Source of the DNA: the human T2T-CHM13v2.0 reference genome, Homo sapiens
Assembly (NCBI RefSeq): GCF_009914755.1
Contig: NC_060930.1
Length of the DNA: 64,000 nt
Reading direction: 5' to 3' (one strand)
Positions 52,085 to 64,000 of this stretch are shown piece after piece; the stretch's first letter is position 1, and every line of letters starts with the position of its first letter. The notes under the pieces are model-generated. The model made no database searches. It saw nothing but the letters and a program-made list of their open reading frames with translations, and was not told the DNA's origin. Both the position numbers and the translations under genes were made by a program.

Positions 52085-52230
52085 CTGTGAGATAAATAAA
52101 CACCATTATCGTCATCCTCATCTAACAGACAAGGAAATTGAGGCACAGAGAATTCAGGCCTCTGTACAGGGTCACTCACCAGTAACTTACAGGTCAAGGG
52201 TTGGGCCCAGACAGTGCGACCCCAGAGGTC
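52085..52230 (-). mobile_element. MIR SINE
   Basis: ATCCTCATCTAACAGACAAGGAAATTGAGGCACAGAGA. Confidence 0.65.
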
Positions 52231-52818
52231 AGCTGCCATCCACCAGCCAGGCCCCCTCCTGAAGGATGCTGCAGGACAGTGAAGGCCTGAGTTCAGGCAG
52301 TCGCAGCAGATAGGGGGTGAGTCATTAACCAAGGCACTGGCGGGATCCGCTTATCAATGAGATGAGGGCATGGGAGACCCCTGACACTAGGCCTCAGCTC
52401 CTGGCCCTGAGCCAGGATGTATATCAGTTTCTAAGTATAACCAAATGGCATGCGCTCCAGAGCAAGGGCTTTCTTTCATATTCTTTATTTATGAATTTAT
52501 TTATTGATACATGAGGATACATAAACAAATTAATTTCCTTCCTACCCCATAAAGTAGACAGTGGAGTGTCTGTCAAGCCTCTCTCAGACAACCCAGTCTT
52601 CAGGCTGTGTCCACCACTGGCCGTGGGCCCTCACATTGTGATTGCATAATGTTATTGTCAGGATTAAATTAAATATTCATGTGATAATCATGTTATCAGC
52701 ACAAGGCCTGGCACACTGTAAGTGCTCAGTTTGCTAGTTGCCTTCTCTTTCTTTGCCTCTAAACAGTTGCTGAGTTAATTTGAGAAGCCTCTTTTATGTT
52801 AGCATAAAAACAAGTCTT

Positions 52819-53147
52819 AGCCGGGTGCGGTGGCTCATGCCTGTCAGCCCAGCACTTTGGGAGGCCGAGGTGGGCAGATCACCTGAAGTCAGGAGTTCGA
52901 GACCAGCCTGACCAACATGGTCAAACCCCATCTCTACTGAAAATACAAAAATTAGCTGGGCATGGTGGTGGGTGCCTGTATTCCGAGCTACTTGGGAGGC
53001 TGAGGCAGGAGAGTCGCTGAGGCAGGATAGTCGCTTGAATCCGGGAGTTGGAGGTAGCAGTGAGCCAAGATCACGCCACTGCACTCCAGTCTGGGTGACA
53101 GAGTGAGACTCTGTCACAAAAACAAACAAAAAACAAACAAACAACAA
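52819..53147 (+). mobile_element. AluS with a 17-bp internal tandem duplication and a (CAAA)n tail
   Basis: GCTGAGGCAGGAGAGTC/GCTGAGGCAGGATAGTC at 52999-53032. TSD AAAAACAAGTCT / AAAAAGAAGTCT. Confidence 0.95.
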
Positions 53148-54529
53148 AAAAAGAAGTCTCTTCCCACTACCAGAGCTAGATGATATTTATGCTGTGTTTC
53201 CCTGTTTGCCTAGGCTGGTAGGATGCTCAGCATTAAAATCTGCAATCAGAAGCTGAAGTTGTCTTCACCACAATTCTTGTATGTCACCACAGTTCTTGTA
53301 TGCTATTGTTTCCTACACTTTTTTCTTTGTTTCTCGTTTTGCCTTGCCCTAGTTACTTCAATGTAAGCATCTGAGTTTGTACTGCTGTCTCAAATCCATT
53401 TTTAGAAGTAGGAAGAAGATAAATATAATAAAGCTAAATATAGATTTAACAGATCAGTTTTCTGTCTCATCGTTGAGACAGATATAATGTCAGGACGAAG
53501 AAAACAGTGGAAATATTTGCTGATTTTTGTTCTCTTGTTTTGATCCCAGTGAAAAACTTTTATCTGGCACATGTTTAATTTTAAGCAAGAAGAGATTAAA
53601 TCAATGAGGACAGTGACCCGAGCTTTTAGTTTATTGAGTGGATTGGAACTGTCCAGATTCTTTTCAATTAATTTATCTCTTTCTGTCAACTACTATTGAC
53701 CTCATTTTGATGTTGGTTCTCCCTTCTGTAAAATGGAAGAATGGAACTGAACAATTCCTAAGTTCTCTTCAGTTTAAAATCTACAGACCAAGATTTTGAG
53801 TTCTTTTTATAGTTGGGTGATTTATTTCCATAAGCTGCAGGTTACATTCATTCTTCCTGTAATTCCTTCCCCCAGTTTGATCAGTGGAATTCTGCCGGCA
53901 CCGTTCAGGACCCCTATGTACCTCCGTGCTCTGAAGGTCTGCACTGGCTGTGCTCTAAGAGGAATATGACTATTCCTCATTTTAGACATGAGGAAGCTGA
54001 GGTTTAAATAACTTTCCAAGCCACTAACTTAGGAACTAAAGAAAGGAGCCCTTGAGCCTGATGCAGACCTTGGTTCTTTCTTGCCTTTGGTACTTTGCAA
54101 GACTCTAAGCAGGCCCAGGTTATGCAGGGGGTGCCTCTGGACCACCTCAGCATGACCTGCTTTATATATGGGGTGCCTTGGAAGATCTCCTGTGAAAAGA
54201 GAGTTTTGCTTTTAACAGTGTGAAGCCAATCGCACCACACGTTGGTGGTTCCTCTTGTCCGTTTCTGCTGGAATTGAGGTAGAATCCCCAACTCCTGTTC
54301 ATTCCCTCATTCACCTCTTTTCTCCCCGCCACTTACCTGGCTGTTGCTCAGCACAGCCCCTCTGCTTCTGGAGTAGCCTCCCACTTGTCAGCCACTTACT
54401 GAACTCCTTTCCTCAGAATCCAGCATTTCCCGTCCCTCAAGCCCTGCAGAAGCTCTTCTTATCAGTTGAGATGGTTGACATGCAGTTACTTCAGAAAATT
54501 ATAATCCCGATGCTTACATAATGTGTTTT

Positions 54530-55200
54530 AAACAACTTTTTATTTTGGGATACTGTGGTTTGTCATGCACGTGTAGGAAATAACACAGTTTCCCCCAATA
54601 TTCTATAGTTATATAATCTTACAAAACCATATTCCAATCAAGAAATTGATATTGATACAGTGCATCCACCATATTCAGATTTCACCAGTTTTACATGTAC
54701 ACGGGGATGTGGCTGCGAGCGCACGCACGTGTGTGTGTGTGTGTATATATTCCATAAAAAGGTAGTGTATTAGTCCATTTTCATAGTGCTATAAAGAACT
54801 GCCTGAGACTGGGTACTTTATAAAGGAAAGGTTTAATGAACTCACAGTTCAGCATGGCTGGGGAGGCCTCAGGAAACTTACAGTCATGGCAGAAGGTGAA
54901 GCAGAAGCAAGGCACTTTCCTCACAAGGCGGCAGAAAGGAGAATTGTCGAGCGAAGAGGGAAGAGCCCCTTATAAAACCATCAGATCTCGTGAAAACTCA
55001 CTCACTATCAGGAGAACAGCATGGGGGAAACTGTTCCCTCAGTTGGATTATGGGATTATTGAGATTACAATTCAAGATAAGATTTGGGTTGGGATACAGA
55101 GCCTAACCATTTCAGGAAGCATGAGGGATTCTTGTATGAACTCTTCTGTGTCTTGACTATGGTAGTGATCACGGAAATCTACCTACATATATGATAAAAA
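54530..55200 (-). mobile_element. L1MC-type 3' end with an inverted upstream segment, interrupted by THE1D
   Basis: 54530-54750 is an antisense L1MC 3' terminus (ATTCAGATTTCACCAGTTTTACATGTAC). 54751-54765 plus 55115-55200 is the preceding L1MC segment in sense orientation (CATGAGGGATTCTTGT...CTGTGTCTTGACTATGGT...TGATAAAA). Confidence 0.6.
54766..55114 (-). mobile_element. THE1D-like MaLR solo LTR
   Basis: TGTATTAGTCCATTTTCA...GGCCTCAGGAAACTTACAGTCATGGCAGAAGG...TATAAAACCATCAGATCTCGTGA...CCTAACCATTTCA. TSD GGTAG/GGAAG. Confidence 0.88.
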
Positions 55201-55949
55201 TAAATGTAATATTTTTACACTTTTCATATTATGTCCTCCTCCTGATGTCTAGGGGTGCTGGTACATTGTAATTCCTTAGTAAATATTCCATAAAACACAT
55301 GACAATAAATGTTATTCCTTGGAGAAAACAACAATGACTCATAAAACATGAGCCCCAACCTCGAAAGTTACATTTCTTTTGAGAGGCCTGTGGTAGAGGA
55401 GAAATAACCTTTGACTTGAAGCAGAAGACCTGAGTTCAAGGATTGATTTTGCTACTTTCCAGCAGAGAGGATTCACTTCCTATATTGAACCTTGATATCT
55501 TGATCTGCCAAATGAAGAAGCTGGATTAACAACCTTTTATCATCCCTTCCAACTTTAAAGACATTATAACTCTAGAAACTGTGACATCCTTTAACATTTT
55601 AAACCTGACTTCCCCTCCTTAAACATTTTCGTCTTGTTATTTGAGTTTATCAGCTCAGAGTTTGTTTAATTTTCATGCTTTGAACCATGGAAGAAAAAAT
55701 AATCTTCTACTTGATTTCTTACCAACTCCAAGACCACATGAAAGATCTCATTTGCATGAAAATGCAAGAGCAGAGTTTCAGACGGAGGGACATGGAAACA
55801 TTTGTAAACTTTTACTTGGAAACTTTTGGTATCTGTGTGGAGTGTGGTCCAGCCTGGGCAGTGGGACACAATTCTGAGATACCCAGTTGCTGAGCTGGGT
55901 CACTGGACATCTCTTTCCCTTTGCAGTATTTGTCAGCACAGGTCCTCTA

Positions 55950-56280
55950 TCAGATGGCCAGGAGAGGTCCTGCTGCCATAAGAACCCCCCCGAGGTCCCT
56001 GTGCCTACTCAGTGGAGGTCCAGTCCTCTCTCTTGCACAGTTCTTTGTGAGGTTGCGCACCTTTCCAGGGTGAGGTTGCTGCCCTCGGTCCCCAGCTGCG
56101 AGGCTTGTGAGGGCCATGTGTGCTTTCGTGTTCTCTGTGGCAGAAGAACAGGTTGCTGGTGAGCTTGGGGTTGACAGTTCCATGCTCTGGCTTCAGTGGT
56201 CACAGTCACTTTTGCTTATGCTTTACTGGCCAAACCAGGTCACATGGCCATGCCTACTTTGAAGAGAAAGGGGACAAATA
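55950..56280 (-). mobile_element. MLT1K/L-like LTR fragment
   Basis: GTCACTTTTGCTTATGCTTTACTGGCCAAACCAGGTCACATGGCCATGCCTACTTT. Confidence 0.5.
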
Positions 56281-56584
56281 TGGGTAAAATACTTCAAGAT
56301 TCTATTACAGATTTTTTTTTTTTTTTTGGTCAGAAGAACAAAAGTCCCTGGCAACATGGATTAATTATAACTTGGCTTATGTGTTCCACTGGAAGCGTCT
56401 CAAGGGTGGGAGATGATCCATCACTCAGAAGTTGTCTCTGACTAGCAAACAGGAAACAGAAAGGAACCGAAGGGAAAGAGCAGGAAGCTAAGCATCCTGG
56501 GTGAGCAGTGCCTTCAGCTGTCCAGGGTGTGGGATGCAAGTGGAGACAGCGGGCTCCTCTCCCTGTCTGGCCTCCTTTTCTGGC

Positions 56585-56750
56585 CAGCTGCGTGACTGCA
56601 AGCAGCCCCCTCCCTCCTCAATCTCAGTTTCCACACCTGTAAAATAGTGGTAACATTACCTATTGCAAAGGGTTGCCTGAATTAATACAGGTAAAGAGCA
56701 TGGAGTGGTGCCTGATGTGTGCGAAATGCTCAGTAAATGTTACCTATCAT
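56585..56750 (+). mobile_element. MIR SINE
   Basis: TCTCAGTTTCCACACCTGTAAAATAG...AGTGGTGCCTG...TGCTCAGTAAATGTTA. Confidence 0.7.
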
Positions 56751-59289
56751 TTTGCTTTGCCCTTTACCTGTTAAGTTGGCTGTAAATCCCTACAACCACA
56801 AGATGCCCTCGGACATTCAGCCCGTGTGGCTGAAAGCGTGAGTCTCTGGGGGCAGCACTCAGGGAGGGGTGTGATGACTTAGAAGCTGGAGAAGTCGGTC
56901 CTGCCTTCCCTCTAGGCTCCTGGGTGACACTGAGTCCTAATGGAATGGCAGAGACTTTGAGAGGGCCTGTGCACGCTTTCTACAAAGCTATTGGAGGAAA
57001 TCCTTCCTTCTAGGCTTTGGCCTGGGAGGTCCCTCTCAGAGACTTGGGGCCTCAGAACTTTGAAAGAATGGAACCAAAGCAGAGGTCTCTCCTGGGAGCC
57101 CTGGGAAATGGGGCTGTGTAGTCTAGGGAGGAATCTTGCTGTCTCTTCGTTTAGGCAGGAAAATTAATGGAATTTAATAAGTCACCTTGCAGTGACCTGA
57201 GAATCCCGGATTCTCAGATGAGCCCTGCAAATATGCAGGTTGCATTGAGACATTCAAATTCTCTAAACAGGGCTTCTTGTAACTTGTGCGTTCATATGTT
57301 GCTGCTGCAAAACTATGAATTTTCTGATTTTGTCACACCCTGATTAAAAAACACAGTTGTATGCACTCTCGCTGGCTGAATCGCAGAAGCAATTTCTTAT
57401 ACAATTGAAATCCATATTTCAATGAGTTTCTTCAGGCATGCTCTCTCTGGGAGCTGCCTGTGAGTCTGCCGTGGATGTGTGACTGGGGAACCTGGCATTT
57501 TAGACCTCGAGCAGTGGGAGACACTGCCCATCTCTCCATCATTTTTGACTGAATGATGGCAAAAGTCATCAAGAGTGGATGGAATGATGGCCTCATCTGC
57601 GTGAATATATGCACATTTAAAATGCTAAGGTCAGACAAGACTGACTGGAAGGATGGCATGGAGGTGTGGGGCTGACATTTACAACACCCAGAGGGCTGTG
57701 GGCCAGGCTCGGGGAAGACATTTGAGGGCATTTGGAGCTCACAAATCAGGGCAGTTTGCTCCAGAGCTGGGGAGAGTCAAGGGTATCTGGAAAGCGGTGC
57801 CTTCATCTCCGCAAAAAGAGTCTGCTGGGAAGGGTCAAGGGCAGACCCCCAGACAGTGCCCAAGGACTACTTTAGGGAGATAAGGATGAGTGAAAGCCCT
57901 GCTGAAGGCAACGGTTAGAAAAGTGAGGTTTCCACACCAGCATCTATCACACCGGGATGAGGCCTCGCCAACAGAAACAGCCTCGCTTCATTGGGAATTG
58001 GTACAAAGAGTGGGAGGGGCTTTATGTGGACCAGGTAAGGGCAGAAGTGGAAAATGGTCTAGAACGTCCCAGAGTGCATCTCAGGGCGCTGGCTGTGCTG
58101 GTTCTCAGGATGCTGATACCCACCCCCTCTTGCTGCTGTTTTTCAGGAAGACCCTTCTGGAGCACGGCCAGAGCTCCGAGGCCTTTGTCTTGGAAGGAGA
58201 GGCTCCTACCAGCCTTGCAGTTCACCAGTGGTGATCTTAGTGGGGACCTACCATCCATGCATGAGTTTTAATTTGTATTCTATGATTCAGAAACATGAAT
58301 TAGGGAGCTTGTCTCTCTTCCTCCCTTAGGCACTCCAGTTCCCTCATTGCCCTGTCCATTTTTCCTTGAAAACAAATCGGTGTGGTCAGTAAGTCCAATA
58401 TCAGTGGCAGCAGGCAAGGGCAGTAAGGCTTCCTTGTAGTCTGTAGCTTTCCAGACCTCTGAAGGATTCTGTTTAAACCTCTTCTAGGAATCATAAAATC
58501 TTCTGCAATCTGGACTCATCAGTTATAGAACCCTGTGAGTACCTTTCAGCGAGAGGACTCCTCTTGGTTTGAGGCTAGGTGTGGAGGTAACTGTGGGCAG
58601 CAGGTGGGGGGATTATTTGTGTATCTTGGGGTACAGCAATTTATACATACTTCTTTCCCCCAACCACACAGCAAACTCTTTGATGGCAAGAATTGTCTTC
58701 CTTTCGATCCCCATTTCTTAGTCTCATATCTAATACTTAACTGATGCTCAGTAATTATTTATTTAGTTAATTGTGAGCTGCAAGCAATAAACCTTATGAA
58801 AACAAGGCACATGCCTTTATCTGTGAGAGCTTCATTAATTCCCTACTCAGTTTATATCTTGAATATAAATTTATGCAATTTATATCAGAAATAAGGCTCA
58901 GAAATAACACTGTCTTGGGCACTACCGTCTTTAGAGTTTTTCTGTTTTTGCTGCTCCCTCCTCATGACCTTAGACTTGGACAGGAGTTCTTGCTGTTGGG
59001 GTCCAGATCTCCCAGATGAGGCTTCAAAGTGCCCCTTCCCTCCATCAAAGGGCCTGCTACCAGGTCCCTTCCAGGGGTTTCCTTGCTCCCTCTGGCAAAA
59101 TAACTCCTCACAGCAGGCCAGGTTCTCCAGCACCCAGATGTCCCTGGCCCATCACAGTTCTAGTGTGAGGTTGCTATTCTCGGGATTTTAAATAGATGGT
59201 AACACTTAGGATCTTCTATCCTTGCATGGTGCTTGTGGTATGTGGTGACGATGGGGGCAGGGCCACAGCTCGGGAAGGGACTCAGTAGG

Positions 59290-59413
59290 GTGTCATGCAT
59301 ACAGATCAGTGTTAACTTCAGCTCTATTAAACATCTTTATTAATGATCTGGAAATGGGGTGTAAACAGAACATTAATTAAATGGCTGAATACTAAATTGG
59401 GAGGTGTTGCAAA
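59290..59413 (+). mobile_element. CR1/L3 LINE reverse-transcriptase fossil
   Basis: Translation from 59303 gives RSVLTSALLNIFINDLEMG, then after a +1 shift VNRTLIKWLNTKLGGVAK. This matches the CR1 RT pattern GSVLGPxLFNIFINDLxxG...LxKFADDTKLGG, with the FADD motif destroyed. Confidence 0.75.
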
Positions 59414-59904
59414 AGATGGACTAATCATTTTATCATTTACTCAGCGTGCAGAACTTGTATAATTTGGTGTATTTACTGGTCAAAAGTGGGGCATATCTTT
59501 GTTGACAACACTATTGGCTCAGTGTGTAGCTGGCATTTTGGTTGAGTTTCTTTATGTGCATATTCTTACTCTTGTGCCTTTCTATTTAAGTTAGTTTCAG
59601 AATGATGAGTCATCCTATTTGTATATTAAGGACTCAAGTAGAATGAAAATATTTTTGGAAGAATGAGGTGGAATAAACAGAAGCAGGAACAGAGAGTAAC
59701 ATGCAGTAGTTGAGGTCAGCTAAGTCAATTGCTTGGAGACCCAAGTCTTCTATCCTGACTCCTGTGGGGTCTGTTCTGTTTTCTCAGACTGCTTCTGTTC
59801 TTCTAGCAAGTGAAGTGCCTCACAGATTTACCTCTTTGGAAGGGCTTGCTGAGAGCAGTATTAAACTCAACACACACTTGATTCCATGGTGTAGATTTGG
59901 GATT

Positions 59905-60100
59905 AGGAGACCTGGACTTTAATTTGTGTTCTTGCATTTTTCTGGTTATGTAGCTTTGAGGAAGTCATTTAACCTCTCTGAGCCTTTGTTTCTTTATCCC
60001 TGGAAGGGAAGATGATATATGTCTCCCAGGGTAATGCCACGAGTTTGAAGCGAAGTGATATTCTTGAAAGAATTTTGCGAACTGTAAAACTGTGCAAAAG
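59905..60100 (+). mobile_element. MIR SINE
   Basis: AGACCTGGACTTT...GAAGTCATTTAACCTCTCTGAGCCTTTGTTTC. Confidence 0.7.
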
Positions 60101-61599
60101 TTAGTATGACATTGGATTAATTCTCAAACAATGAGGAGTATTATTGCTGTGCATATAAAGCACTCCAAATAATTACCAGCAGAATGGCCAAGAACATTTA
60201 GAAATATGGATAGGAAATTCAGTTTGGAAAAATGCTAGTCAATACTTAGGGACATGAGAAAATTGGCAGGGTTTTGAGTTGGCAAAAGTAATGAACTATT
60301 TTTCTAATGCTTGGGTTCAACAAACTAAAATGAGTTTGCCAAGCACCTTTTCTTATAAATTTTGCAGCCTTTGTTTGTTTCAGCTAGCACATGATCCATA
60401 AGCTTCTGATTCACTGACACTTAATTTGCTAAAAGGCTATTTGTTAGCAGCAATCAGATGTTTTGGAAACCTGCTGGGCCCACTGCAAAGACGCTGCCCA
60501 GATTCCGTTCTTCAGAATCTTTACTAGCTGGGTGCATAAGAGACATCTGAGTGTATTTAAGAATCATTTTGTCAAACTCCTATCCTTTTAAACTTCTTGT
60601 TATGCTTCTTATATGCTGTACATACTGTCATTCCTGCTATTCAGCAGGAATATTTTAAATATATTTGTGATTGATTCCTGCAACTTATCCTTCTTTCTCT
60701 TAGTAGTTCTGACTTATAAGGTTTAAACGAAAAGATATGCACTAGATACAGATTAGATTAGAAACTTTACTAATAGGAAGGTGGGTAGGAGAATGCAGCT
60801 CAGACCTGGGGCCTGTGGAGAGCTTGCTGCTCCTTGACTCTCCGTGGGTGGGTGCCAGCCTTGCTTGTCTGGTGCACACTGTGAAATGCAGGGCTGGCAA
60901 GAGCTCGGGCCCAGCCAGGCCTGCAGACCCTGTTCATGTGGGCCCAGCTGAGGAGGCTGCATTCTGTTTTGGCTTTAACTGGTCATTTTTGTTAATCATC
61001 TCTCCTCTCTTCTTCCTGAGGGGACGAGAGAATTCTAGGGGAGAAAGGAGCCAGAAGGTTTGATCTCAGTACTGCTCCCCTCTGGGAAGTCAAGAGAAGT
61101 CCATTCTCTCTCATGGAGAGAGGAGTGCGTGCCAGCATCCCACCGGGTTCTTTAGGGCAGGCCATGTGGGTGCTGCCAGCTGCCTTGGAGTCCACGCCTG
61201 CCTCTTCTGGCTTTGCGCTGGTCACTCTTCCCATCTCACCACTTGGGGCTGGCTCAGACTGAGGAGCTTCTCTTCCAAGCTGGAGAATGTGAGGATCAGA
61301 GACAGAAGGTTCATGACTGTAGACTCTACCCTCTGATCCACTTCAGGGGAAGCTGGTGGGGACTTGCATCTGAGTGCTTGAGGAAGAGATGGGAAGGGCG
61401 GGCAGGGAAGAGGCTGGGAGGAGGAGGAATTCATTTGTGTTCAGCATCTTCCACGCCAGGTACTGGGCTAAACTCGCATTGGCACGTTTAAAAGGAGGGT
61501 TGCAGGAGATTTGCAGCTCCCAGGTGCGGCCGGAGAGAGCTCTCTGTCTTCACTTTCCACAGCCTAGGTTTCAACTCAACGCAGAGGGGAATGGGACTC

Positions 61600-62190
61600 A
61601 TTTTCCCTTTTTTAATATAGCATTCTATCTCCATGATTAAAGGGATACAAAACACACTGTGGGAATTTTAGGAAATGCTGAAACATGAAATAGAGGAAAA
61701 AATAAAGATCAGTCTGCAATTCACCTCTCCAGAGATGCCATTAACATTTAATTTCTTTATTTCCTTCCAGTCTGTTTTCTAGTTGTGTTTTTATCATAGA
61801 AGGAGTAGTGTACATTTACATAAACCTAAGGCCACACTGCGTAAACAGTTTTCTATTTTGCAGTTAACTTTTTATATCATAAGCCCTTTTCCATGCCTTT
61901 AAATATTTCTCAACGACCCATTTTTTAATGGCAGGCTAGTATTTCTTTCTTGTTTCCAAATTTGCAGCATGGTAATTATGACTTAATTACTCTCCCTGTA
62001 TGTGCTGACTGTGAGTCTCTGACTTTTCTTTAGGATAAATTCCTAGAGATGAAATTACGGGGTCAAGTGGTAGAACACTTTTAAGCTTTTTTCCCACCAA
62101 GTATATATTGCTATTCTACATCAAAAAAACTTGAGATATTTTCACCATTTTATGTGAGAATGTCCATTTCTCTGCACTTTGATAGCACAG
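61600..62190 (-). mobile_element. L1ME-type 3' fragments
   Basis: TCCAGAGATGCCATTAACATTT...TTAGGATAAATTCCTAGAGATGAAATTACGGGGTCAAG...TGAGAATGTCCATTTCTCTGCAC. Confidence 0.65.
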
Positions 62191-62215
62191 TATATCACTG
62201 TTGTAGATGATGATG

Positions 62216-62327
62216 ATTTTTAGAGACAGGGTCTCACTGTGTAGCTCAGGCTGGACTTTATCTCCTGGGCCCAGGCGATCCTCCCACATCAGCTCCCAAG
62301 TAGCTGGGAGTACAGGCGTGTGCCACT
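62216..62327 (-). mobile_element. FLAM Alu monomer
   Basis: TTTTAGAGACAGGGTCTCACTGTGTAGCTCAGGCTGG...GATCCTCCCAC...GTAGCTGGGAGTACAGGCGTG. Confidence 0.8.
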
Positions 62328-64000
62328 TGTATTATTATTTTTAAGTCCTCTCCCTTACTTTTGATGCAATTTAAATTCTGTTGTTAAGGATGCTGAGTTT
62401 GTGAGACCAGACGGATGCTCCTGAAGACACAGCCAGCTGCGGGGGCCCGAGTACCCACCAAGCTCCCTCTGGAGCTTGTCACTCTTCCTCTGGGTACTCC
62501 TTCGAGGTGCCCATCCCCTCCTGGGAGCATGACCAGGTCTCTTTCTGCCCTCAGCCATGGTGTGGGCTCCAGCCCACACCCCTGCCTTCCCGCAGCTGCT
62601 CACCACACATTCTGCCCCTGAGTCCCTGCTGAAAGGCCCCAGGGACATCTCCAGTGGCCGAGCCTACTCCTAGCTCAGAATTTGTTTGCTTATCAGATCC
62701 TTTGCAGTGCCGGGCTTCCCTTCTGCATGAGCGTGCTGGTTTGGGAGACTTTATTCAAATTGGAGTTCGGAGGCATAGGAGAGTGCGGCTGAGCTGTGGC
62801 TGCTCCTACAGATGCCCCGTCAGCATCCTTCTGAGGCACCCTCACCCTAGCCTGCAAATCAGGGCCATAGGCAAGTTGGAGAGGCCCAGCCACTCCGCGC
62901 CCGAGTCCTGGCAGCATGCCAGCAGCGATGGCACCTGGGAGCAGAGGACCCGCAGGGCCTGCACTCACGTTCACTTTGCACGTCCTCCCGCAGGAAGGTC
63001 TGCTAGGAGGAGAGCTTTTCCTTTTTCATTGTAAATGAGAAATTCTTTCCAAAATAAGAGCAGCACCAACTTCAGGAAGCCAGACCAACTCAACGGAATA
63101 ATACAAATATACATCTACACATTAGGTGGAAAATGATGCAGAATACGGTGACACACACTGACACAGTCCGTGGGACCCAGCAAAGCCTGTGATGGAAAAC
63201 TCTCCTCTTCTTCCACCGGTGTCCAAAGGCCTCCTTTGAAAGCTCTGCATCCTCCTCCCCCTGGCACGGCTGTGTTTCCCCTTGACCTGCATGCCTCCCA
63301 CCACCCTGCACACTGGGTGGGGTGGGCCCTCCGCCCCCTCACTCCATCTGAGGGGTCCTGTTCCCCATGTTCTGACCTTGTAGCAGTCCTCCTTCTCTAT
63401 GCATCTGGGCCAGTGCTGCCTCCCCCGCAGACTCCAAATTCACCCACATCCCACCCTTCCTCTCATCCCCTTCTCTTGTCTCCATTGCTGGGGATTGGGT
63501 GGTGAGAGGAAAGATGTATTGATTTTTCTCTCTTGTTTCTGAGTATCTCTGCGCAGAACACATTTGACACCTTTTCCCAACCTCTGCTTCCTAAGGGGTT
63601 GGAGGATGGAGGAGAGAACCAGGCTGTTTTATCTTTGTGACTGCAAATGAATTATGCATTTGGCAACCTTTCTCTTTTAACCGTCCCATTCCAATTGCCC
63701 CATGGGGGTAAAATTTCTAGGATTCTAAACCAGAAAAATAGCTTAGGAGGATACTATCACTGAGAAATATGTAACCTCCATATAAATGAAAATTATTATC
63801 TTGGTATCCTGAGCTCAAGGGGTGAGTGAAGGCATTTGGTCTGTCTTCACCTGTGTCCTGGCACTAACCCTGCTGGATTCAGATCACAAGATGTTGGGCT
63901 GGACTGCGGGGTCACTTGCAGCCACTCGTTGGATTTTTCTTCAGTTCATCTCAGGAGCCCCTTGGGCATGTTGTCTCTAGTATCTCTTGATTGCCTGGAG

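Overview
This is primate genomic DNA, most likely human or another catarrhine, since it carries AluY, AluS and FLAM/FRAM elements and a THE1D LTR. It reads as intronic or intergenic sequence. I cannot support any protein-coding exon, tRNA, rRNA or CRISPR array, and I cannot name the locus. The supplied ORFs look like chance frames or frames derived from repeats and low-complexity sequence. A large part of the window is interspersed repeats: Alu, MIR, L1M, L2, CR1/L3, MaLR and ERVL LTRs, and hAT and TcMar DNA transposons, with several nested insertions and visible target-site duplications (TSDs). Repeat family calls come from my recollection of consensus sequences, not from a database search, so subfamilies and boundaries are approximate. 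I found no novel multi-gene system. The most unusual structure is at about 25.55-27.95 kb. An MLT1H-like LTR is interrupted by a roughly 400-bp patch built from two neighbouring sequences: an inverted copy of 26327-26544 and a direct copy of 27788-27943. This looks like a fossil templated repair (template-switching) event that was later hit by an Alu, and it leaves a roughly 215-bp inverted repeat. Other points of note are a readable CR1/L3 reverse-transcriptase fossil (59.3 kb), a 5'-inverted L1MC with a THE1D inside it (54.5-55.2 kb), old repeats with unexpected CpG density or a newly formed CRE site, a 94-bp tandem duplication and a cluster of short palindromes.
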